Shown here: in pieces, positions 54,380 through 64,000 of the stretch
Position numbering within the stretch: position 1 is the stretch's first letter
Layout of the letters: each line of letters begins with the position of its first letter
From: the human T2T-CHM13v2.0 reference genome, Homo sapiens
Reading direction: 5' to 3' (one strand)
Assembly (NCBI RefSeq): GCF_009914755.1
Contig: NC_060937.1
Length of the DNA stretch: 64,000 nt
Translations under genes and position numbers: made by a program
The notes under the pieces: model-generated
The model's input: the letters and a program-made list of their open reading frames with translations, nothing else
Database searches by the model: none
What the model was told of the DNA's origin: nothing

Positions 54380-56600
54380 TCCTATGCTTATATATCCTTT
54401 CCTAAATATGAACTTTTGTTTTCCATTGAGTTAATTTTTATTTATTTCTGTACTTGGCTTTCTTTAAATCTCTGGCTTGATCTGACCACATTCTCCAACT
54501 CTGTAAAAGGCTTTTCTGTACAGTTTCCCTTTTATTCTTTTCTTGGAAACTTCTCCCCTAAGGTTCTTCATCCTCCAGTTCCAGTCTATACTGGTTGCCC
54601 TTTTTGTCTACTATAAAGTGCTAATTATAGGAATTTCCTCTTTTCTAAATTGGGATCTCATTTTACTTTTTCTTCTGTGACTCACTGATTTTCATGGAGC
54701 ATATCCTACAGAATCTCCCTGAGAAAAGACATGTAGAAGACTCATTTTTTTAGACCATCTGGTAAGCTCTGTATTCTACTCTCATACTTGATTGACAGTT
54801 TGACTGGGTATAAAAGTCTAGGTTCATGATCATTTTATTTCACAATTTAGAAGGTATTGCTTCATTTTTGTCTAGTCCCAAGTGTTACTATTGAAAAATC
54901 TCCTTTTGATTCCTGTTCCTTTGTATGTGAATATTATTATTGCTGTTATTATCATCATCATCATCTGTGGAAGCTTTCAGAATCTTCTCTTTATCCTAAT
55001 TGTATTGATATTTTATGTAAATGTGCCTTGGTATGGCTTTTATTAGTAGTAGTATTGCTTTTGTGGGTAGTTGGAAATTTTGTTGAGTGGTTATAGTCAG
55101 TATCTTTCAGTTTGGAAAAGTTTTTCTTGCATTATTTCTTCTATTTTCTCTGAACTCCTCATCTGAAATTTCTGTTATACAGATGTTAGAACCTCAGAAT
55201 AATCATATTTTCTTATACTTGTTCCTATTGTCTAATTCTTTATCTTTTTGTTCTATTTATCTCAATTTAACAAGAGCTACAAATAGCTCTTGTTAAAGAG
55301 GTATGTGACCTCAACTGTATCCTCTAATCTTTCCATTATATTTATTTCTGCCATATTTCTGATATCCAAGGGCTGTTTATTGTTCTTTATATGTCCCCTC
55401 TTTATACAGCTGGATTGTATTTTTTTACTACTGGAATAAAAATATTTTCTTATCTCTCCGAAGATACTAATGATAGTTTTGTTTTAAGCTTTTCTCTGCT
55501 TTCTGCATCACCTCCTCTGTCATCTGTTGGTTCATTTAATGAGAGATTTTTCTCAAATACCAGTGATTCTTGGTAATTGATCCAAATTTAAAAGTGTGAC
55601 AGCAAACCTAGGACTAGTAAGCCTATTGTCCGGGAAGAGCTTATTGACCGTAAGATCCCACTCTGAAGTTTTTGAGAAGGCCTGGTTATTTTGTAGGGAA
55701 CCCCACAGGAGTAAACCTGGTTGTCATCCTTCTGAGATGCAAGCAGAAAAAAAAGGCAAGAGAAATTTCACACTTCTATGTGTTAAGTTCCACTTATTGT
55801 TTTCTTACCCCATGGCCTATTGCCCCTTCCGTCAGGTTTCCCTGATGTTACTAGGGCTGGTTCTTCCATGTTTCAATGTCTTCAAAAAGTAAAACTTGAA
55901 TATTTTACTAGACCGAGGGAGGGGAGTCTCATTACTGTATGATATGGGGAAGTAGGTCTGAGGGTCTCAAGCTTATCCTTTTAAAGACATTTAACCAAAC
56001 TGGTTTTCCACTTAGGTTCACACTTCTACCTTCAGAAGTACTTGGTGATTCCAGTTCCTGGCCTTTCTAGTATTCAGTTAAGCCAATTGTTACTTCTTAT
56101 TTTATTTGTCTCTTACAGTTAGGTGTCAGCTTTCTCTGCTCTGTGACATCAATTCCCACGTGTTCATCTGCTTTTTGACTCCTAAAATTTGATTAATATC
56201 TCTAGTTATTAGTTGTCTTCTTTCTCGTCCTTTTGTCCTTGTAGGTTCTTTTTTAAAATATTCCTTTATTGTTACTCAGTGGGGCTTTAAAAATAAACAA
56301 AGACAAGCATCTGTATTAAATTTACCAGGTTTAATTAGTTTCTTGCTGATTGTTCGGTACTCTTTATATTTTCAAAGCTGTAATCTTTTTCCTGCCACAT
56401 ATTTTACAATTTTACCCTCAATGTGATATTTATCTTCTAATATTGAGTATAGTGTTTTTTGAAGTATAGAATTTTTTTTAATGTAGTGAGTCCTACCTAT
56501 ATTCTTCATGTTAAAATTTAAAAAGCTTTCTCCACATTGAAGTCAGATAAACATTTACCTACAGTGATTTCTAGTTCACTTATAAGTTGGTTATTTGGTC
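54380..56600 (-). mobile_element. Ancient L1ME/HAL1-like ORF1-region fragments, antisense
   Basis: 'tgacagtttgactgggtataaaagtctaggtt...tttagaaggtattgcttcatt...gttactattgaaaaatc'. Confidence 0.6.
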
Positions 56601-56761
56601 TGTAGCTTAACTAGTGCTATATTTTGAGTGAGGTATTTCAGAATAATTGCTTTTCAAACTTGGAATGTACTGCAACTTTAAATTGCCAGGTGCCATATTT
56701 TTATATTGAAAACCCACGTTCAATTTCAATAACATTACCCTTCAAATATGGAACCCTTGCT

Positions 56762-57318
56762 AGGACCTGTTGACTGAAGAAATGATGATGCGCTCATCTC
56801 CACTCGACCCCTGCATCCATATTCCAAAGAAAAGGCCAAACTATTTCTAAATATAAAAAGTTACAATAAAGTTCTAGTTTTTCTTGTGCTAAATACTTTA
56901 ATCTTTTTAACACCCAAAGTTGCCAACTAAAGGTTTCTTATGGCCTCAAAGGTCATTTTCAATTCAATGAGAGAAGAACTCAGTCCACCAGGTCTATAAT
57001 GTATAAGCCATTACCCATGGAGTGGGCATTTCACAGTTGCCAGAAACAAGATTTTTCTCCTAATTTTTTTTTAAAAAGGCACGTCAAAAGAATATATAAA
57101 ATGTATGATTAAATCTTTATTGGATTATATCCTCCTGAGATCTAATAGACTCTGAAACAAACAGTTAAAATAATTGCAAAAGGAACAATGAAAATATATG
57201 CCTCAGACCACTTCAAATAAGGACCTGTCGACTGAAGACATTGTGATGCCCACATCTCCACTCTACCCCTGCATCCATATTCCAAAGAAAATGCCAAACT
57301 ATTTCCAAATAGAAAAAG
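56762..57318 (+). repeat. 99-bp dispersed direct repeat (56762-56860 and 57220-57318)
   Basis: Ungapped alignment with 10 mismatches in 99 nt, counted by hand. Confidence 0.9.
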
Positions 57319-57479
57319 GACATATAAAAATAGGTCCAAATAAGGACAGTGGAGATGCTTAATTACTCACAGGTGAGTGAAACAAGCCCTTCAAATCTTT
57401 TCTAGGTGAAGAATAGTATAAATAACTAGTAAATAAAACTAATAAACCTAAGATCAGGAGCCATCTTCAATTAGTACCT

Positions 57480-57481
<2 letters not shown>

Positions 57482-57510
<29 letters not shown>

Positions 57511-57614
57511 GAGACATCTTGCCCAGGCTGGCCTTGAACTCTTGGGCTCAAGCAATCCTCCCACCTCAGCCTCCTGAGTAGCTGGGAGTACAGGCACATA
57601 CCACTGTACCTGGC
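57482..57614 (-). mobile_element. FLAM/Alu monomer, antisense, long T-run
   Basis: T-run followed by 'gagacatcttgcccaggctggccttgaactcttgggctcaagc'. Confidence 0.85.
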
Positions 57615-57784
57615 AGTCCCTCACTTTTAATGATCTCACTTGAGACAATTCAATCATTGGAGATGTGACAAGAAGCATGTTTCACATCTATTTGAAGTAC
57701 CGCAAAGCGGGGCATGCACTCTGAAAATCTGATAAATAGTAAAGTAAGAAAAAGGAAACCATAGAACAGTTTCCCAGGGGAACT

Positions 57785-58368
57785 TGTTGGGGCTCAGAAG
57801 CCAATAACCCCAAAATGTGGGGCTTTCACCTGCTGAACTGCAGAAGCCTCAAGATCTCTCCAACCATTCCTGCTGCCTGTTCTCAATCCTTCCTTTTCCA
57901 AAGCACAGGAGGAAGTCATTCTCTGAACTTCCCTTATCTGCCTCAAGTCCAGACTTGCCAAAAAGAAAAAAATGACCTCTGGTCCCTTACTGAATTTTGA
58001 TTAACTCATCGCAGGAAGAAAGATCAAAGTCTGTCTACATATCTGGACAGATTTGTCACAAACCACTGTCTGCTCTGCAAGCCCAACAGACTTTGTCCAG
58101 GCCTTTGTACATTCTTCAAGACCGTTGAATTCCCCTAAAAATCATTTATTACCTCCCTAAAATAATCCACATTTCCCCATCTTCCTTTTCCCTAAGAAGG
58201 GTATGTCAGCATCTCTATCCCAATTCGTGGTGGGATAATCACTCTGTGATTCTCCCCTGTGCATGTTAATAAATTTGTGTGCCTTTTCTCCCGCTAATCT
58301 GCCTTTTGTCAGTTGATTTTCAGCAAACATTTAGAGGGTGAAGGCAAAGTTTTCTATTGGTCCCTAGA
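57785..58368 (+). mobile_element. ERV1 solo LTR (MER39B-like)
   Basis: TGTTGGGGCTCAGAAG start; shares 'gccttttgtcagttgattt' and other blocks with 5321-6351. Confidence 0.75.
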
Positions 58369-60472
58369 AACGGAAAGGCTTTGGTGCTTATCAGAAGTGC
58401 ATGTACAGTAGAGTAAAAAGGTAATGAGAGAGGTTACCAAAAGTAAGGAGGAGACACCAAGTCTATGCTTCTGCTCTCTAAAGTCAGGAATTTACTTCTG
58501 GAACTAAAATTTAGCTATCAAGTGATGTAACTTTGAGTAGGAAGACCACAGGGATTGACATGCAAATAGGCACTCCAGGCAACCCACACTGCTTGAATTC
58601 TGCCCCTGGGAGGAATATTTGGGGTACTCATTTGCATTGCATGTTGGTTACCAAAAAGCACATTCAGTTCACAGCCATTTTAAAGCACTCCTTGTCAGAT
58701 CCTGGGAACAAACTGAAGTGTCTAAACAAAGGTGACTGAGGCAGTGAGTTCTCTTCTGTAACTCATAGGAAGACAATATGCCTTCTATTGGGAACATAAA
58801 TATTCTTTTTAGATGTGTATCACGCAAACGGAGCCAACCAACTCATGTGAATACCTATTATTAGAGAAAGAATCTCTGACCATATTGGCCCCTTTTCTGC
58901 CTTAATCTCTGGATTCCAATGTCTTGGAGCTTCCAACTGAGCTCCTCTTCTCAGAAAGAGTAGTATCTCACTCTTCTGTTTCTGCATCTGCTTTCTATTT
59001 ATAAAGAGTGCACTTTGGGAAAAGAAATGTTTCTTTCTTCAATCCACAGCAATATTTATTGCTGCAGGGGAATTCCAGTCTTGTTCTTTGGCAGCCTCAC
59101 AGCTCTCAAGTCAAATAGGCAAAACAAATGCATTTTCTCTCCTTCCTTGAAAAAGATTGTGGCTAACAGGATGCTGTCTCTCACAAGTACAGCCATTTCA
59201 ATTATTTTAAAACAAACAAACAAATAAAAAATAAACCAACCAAAGAAAAGATCCTTTTAAAGTCAGGACATTTTACTCTAGAAATTTCTTTCCTGTGGCA
59301 TCTTTGTTAATCAGCACATTCAGTTCTCTTCAGCATTCTTCTTTATAGTGCCTACAATGCCTGGGCCGTGCAGTTGTGTTTCAGAGTGCCCACCTCTGGC
59401 CTCTTTCCACTTACCAGAAAAAAAAAAAATAAACGCAAGGTCACTCCATAGAATAACATATACTCAGCACTTCTAAGTCTCATAGAAGGATTAGTATTCT
59501 CCTAAGGACTGAATATCAACAGGACTGTAGGTTGCGTGATGGTGAATGCAGATGCAATGGAATGGATGATGTACTTTTAAATAGAATGGAACAGGAATCA
59601 CGATAACATCTCTTTCCTTTGGACTGAGGGAGTGCTTTATTATGATGGTCAGATTTTGACAGTGAATATAAATGAACTGGGAGAACCCCCAACTGTTTCT
59701 GTCTCTTTGGTATGTACAAGACCAGTTCTTCAGGAATGTATTCTTAACAGTGGGATAATTATTTTAGACACGCTGGTGTAATGGACTTCGTCAGTCTCAT
59801 TCACAAAGCTCATTTTAATGTGGATCAATTATCAACTACACTCAGAGAATCCCCTGGAGTTAAATTCCAGCCATTTTTACTAGTGACACTCAACAGGCAA
59901 AAATGGCCTTTCTCAACCTCACAATCAAGGACTATGCAAAGAAAATGCATAAAAGTAGCTCAATAGATCACATAATAATTGTTTATGCACAATAAGCTGC
60001 AAATAACTATCTCCTTAAGGAATACCTTGCTGTGTACCTATTGCTTTTAATCTCACCTAATTCCTTTCAGTATATTAGTTTTGCTCCACATAGGTACAAT
60101 ACAGACATTTTTCATAACATGCAAACAACGGTAAATCACATCTTACCCTATGTTTACAACCCAATGCAAATATTTAACATGTATCTCATTTCTTTATTTT
60201 CAAAGCACCTTCTATCATGTGAAAGAAATAGTTTAGTTTCAATCACTGTACCAAAGAATAGAGATATAAAGAAAAAAATAACTTTGACTACACACAGTCT
60301 ATGACACAGCTGAAACTGAATTCGGAAGTTCTAAGGTGCATTATTCTCATCAATGTAGGTATAATGCGTAGAACTCTTGGCCACAGAAGCCATAGAATGA
60401 GGGCTGCTTATGTAGTGGAAAGTGTGTACCCTGTAGATGTCTTACTTCCCAATTTTTTTTCTTATTTTTTAG

Positions 60473-60814
<342 letters not shown>

Positions 60815-61002
60815 AATGTGTTTTTCTATAAATCATTTGTTCTTATATTCTTCACCAATGGCCTGAATAAAATAATTAATGGCATAATTACTTAAGATCT
60901 TTGAAATTGTTAAAAAAGAATCTGATAAATGGATTTAAAATTGTCTTTTCTACGAGTATCATTACTGTAATTTGGTTATATGTAGGGTTTTTATTGAGCA
61001 CT

Positions 61003-61400
61003 TGTTTTAGTCTATCTATTTGTGCTGCTATTAACAGAATACCTGAGACCGCATAATTTACAATGAACAGAAATGTATTCCTCACAGTTATGGAGGCTAG
61101 GAAGTCCAAGATCAAGGCTCCAGCATCTAGCAAGGGCCTTCTTGCTGTGTCATCCCATGGCAGGAGGCAAAAAGGCAAGAGAGGGCAAGAGAGGGCAAGA
61201 GGGGGCCAGACTCACCATTTTATTAGGAGCCCATTCCTGAGATAGCAAATGCACTCCCAAAACAATAGCATTCATCAATTCATGAGGAGGGTTCCCCCAT
61301 GACCCCAACACATCCCATTAGGTCCTACCTCTCAACATCTAATATTGGAGATCAAGTTTCTAACACGTGAACTTTGGGAGACACATTCAAACCATAACAC
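61003..61400 (-). mobile_element. MST-family MaLR solo LTR
   Basis: 'tgctgctattaacagaatacctgagac...ggaagtccaagatcaagg...gacacattcaaaccata'. Confidence 0.85.
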
Positions 61401-62282
61401 ACAATTATCATTCTTAAATGCTAAGACAGAAGATTTAGGCTTTTTCTTTAAGCTATCACTTAATGTTCCTAGGCCACAAAAACCTCTATAATCCTTAAAT
61501 TTTTTAATATTGATAATAATTAAAATAAGTGTATATTTGATCAACAGAATAAAAATTTTCATAAAGGTAATATTCATAATAACATTAGTAACTATCAGCA
61601 TACTGAGTTATTTGAAATCATATTTCTTGGAGACTAGTTGTTTACCAAGGAGAAAATCCTATGTTAAGTACTGACCCTTTAATTCTGGTATGAAATTAAC
61701 TCCTTTTTTAAGGCAAAGTCCTGTTCAAAGCAACTGTGATTTCAGACTCTAAAGAAAGATCAGTTCTAATCGAAAGTTGCATTGCTCTACACAATCTTAT
61801 TTTGTAGGAATTACATCTTCAACTTTATATGTTGACCAAAAATTTTTTAAAAAGATGTGTTCACAAAAGAACTGGGATAGTTTCTAGAAGTAAAAAGAGA
61901 CACAGAGATGAGTTTTACTACCATATGTTGAATAAGTGGTGAGTCCTGACTCTTTTTTTTATTTCTTAATTCAAAAATGTGAACACATTTCCGTTCAACT
62001 TTGCCTAAATAACATGATCATTCTTCTTTGTCTTTATTTTGGTTTTCTACCATTGCCAATATTTTTCAGTTTGATGAGAAACAAGACTTTCAGGATGAAT
62101 TACAGGGAGAGAGAAGAAATAAGATGGTTGCAAATCCCAGAGAAATAGATCAAGATTAAATAAGATGAATAAATTGAGTTGGGGGAGGAAAAAAGTGAAT
62201 GAGACAAAGGGAAATATCTTAATTGGGGCACATTTAAGAAATTCACAGTTTACAGAAACAAAACCACTTCAGGTAGCTTAAG

Positions 62283-62655
62283 TGTATTAGTCTCTTCTCA
62301 CGCAGCTAAGAAAGACATATCCGAGACTGGGGAATTTATAAAGGAAAGAGATTTAATGGACTCACAGTTCCACATAGCTGTGAGGCCATGGGAGGCCTCA
62401 CAATCACGGTGGAAGGCAAATGAGGAGCAAAGGTGCATCTTACCTGGCGGCAGGCAAGAGAGCATGTGCAGGGGAACTCCCCTTGATAAAACCATCAAAT
62501 CTCGTGAGAGTTATCTGCTATCACGAGAAAAACACGGGAGAGATCCGCCCCCACGATTCAATTACCTCCTACAGAGTCCCTCCCACAACACCTGGGAAAT
62601 ATGAGAGCCACAATTCAAGACGAGATTTGGGTGCTGACATAGCCAAACCACATCA
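62283..62655 (-). mobile_element. THE1B-like solo LTR
   Basis: tgtattagtc...agccaaaccacatca with perfect 5-bp TSD ttaag. Confidence 0.92.
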
Positions 62656-62746
62656 TTAAGTAAAAGTGGGATCTCAGAGCCTCCAGAGATGAAAGTAAAG
62701 CAGAGACAAATTCACACAAGACCAGGAGCTGGAAGAGAATGTTTCT

Positions 62747-63288
62747 TCTATTAGTCAGGATTCTCTAGAGGGACAGGACTAATAGGATAGGTGTATATAT
62801 GAAAGGAAGTTTATTAAAGAGTATTGACTCACACAATCATAAGGTGAAGCCCCACAATAGGCCGTCTGCAAGCTGAGGAGAAAGGAAGCCAGTCCGAGTC
62901 CCAAAACCTCAAAAGTAGGGAAGCTGACAGTGCAATCTTCAGTCTATGGCCAAAGGCCCGAGAGCCCCTGGCAAACCACTAGTGTAGGTCCAAGAGTCCA
63001 AAAGCTGAAGAACCTGGAGTCCAATGTTCAAAGTTAGGAAGCATCCAGCACGAAAGAAAGATGAAGGCCAGAAGACTTAGTCTAGTCTATGTTCTTCTGC
63101 CTGCTTTTATTCTGGCAGCACTGGCTGCTGATTAGATGGTGCCCACCCAGATTGAGAGTGGCTCTGCCTTTCTTAGTCCACTGACTCAAATGTTAATCTC
63201 CTTTGGAAATACCCTCACAGACAGACCAAAGAACAATACTTTGTATCCTTCAATCCAGTCAAGTTGATGCTCAATATTAACCATTACA
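62747..63288 (-). mobile_element. MLT2A2-like (HERV-L) solo LTR
   Basis: 'ttagtcaggattctctagagggacaggactaatagga...cccacaataggccgtctgcaagctgagg...tcaatattaaccattaca'. Confidence 0.88.
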
Positions 63289-64000
63289 TTGCCCTCCACC
63301 TCTCAAAGCCACGTGGCTTCCCTCAATTCTGCCTCTCTGCTCTGGCCTCTAGCTTTCTAACTTTCTCTTCAAAACTGTTGTTTCTTCTTCCCCTAATCCC
63401 TGATAGGTAGACAGCTCTGGTTTGCCATAGCACTTACTGACACCCACTCCAGCTTGACAAGACCAAGTTATCTTAATGCCAACAATGCCTCCACTCTGAT
63501 TGACCCAGCTTTGGTCAAGCACCAACCCATCTCCAATCAGCTCTGTTCAGGGGGAGGAATCAGATAGCAATAAGGTTGCCCCTTCCAGACTAGGAGTGAG
63601 GCAAGATTTCTAAAATGGGGTTGTAGGAAGGCATTAAATGACCAGCATCTGTATACTATTAAGTAGAATCAACCCTGAGGATTTATATAGAAACAGCCAC
63701 TTGTTTTTCAGGCCTAGTCATGGTACTAGAAGGCTGTGTTTGAGACTGGGCAGAGAAGAGTGAAAATGATGAGACTGATGTTAAAAAGCAATGAATTAAA
63801 ATTTCCATAAGAAGTCAAAAGCAGGAGTCTCTGAAGAATGGTCATGATGATACAGATAGGCACATTGATGTGTTTTATTTGTTTAGAACAAAATGTTACC
63901 CATAGCTTTGCCTTTTCATATGGTAGAAATAGAAAAGAATGCCAGTCAATAGTTGTGACTGAAAACTATAATTTCAATTGGCTATGTTAAAAATATCTAT

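Overview
Primate (human-like) non-coding DNA, AT-rich and dominated by transposable elements. I find no intact protein-coding gene, tRNA or rRNA. Almost all listed ORFs are chance frames or Alu/LTR read-throughs. The window holds about 18 Alu/FLAM/FAM copies, L1M/L2/MIR relics and DNA transposons (MER58, MER33, MER1A, MER44, Tigger1). It also has many solo LTRs, a complete THE1 element, and two decayed MER4-group ERV internal regions. The standout is a 4.1-kb HERV-H copy (41524-45626) built like an mRNA rather than a provirus. It starts at the predicted cap site and runs R-U5-PBS-gag-pro-pol//env-U3-R. It ends in a poly(A) tail and is flanked by a ~14-bp TSD, so it looks like an L1-mobilised retrocopy of an LTR7Y-type HERV-H. 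It carries a microhomology-type pol-env deletion and mismatched R regions, and lies just downstream of a co-oriented LTR that has lost its poly(A) signal. Several locally templated or fold-back rearrangements are also visible, one of which contains a perfect splice donor inside THE1. Repeat subfamily names come from my recollection of consensus sequences, not a database search. Boundaries without TSDs are approximate.
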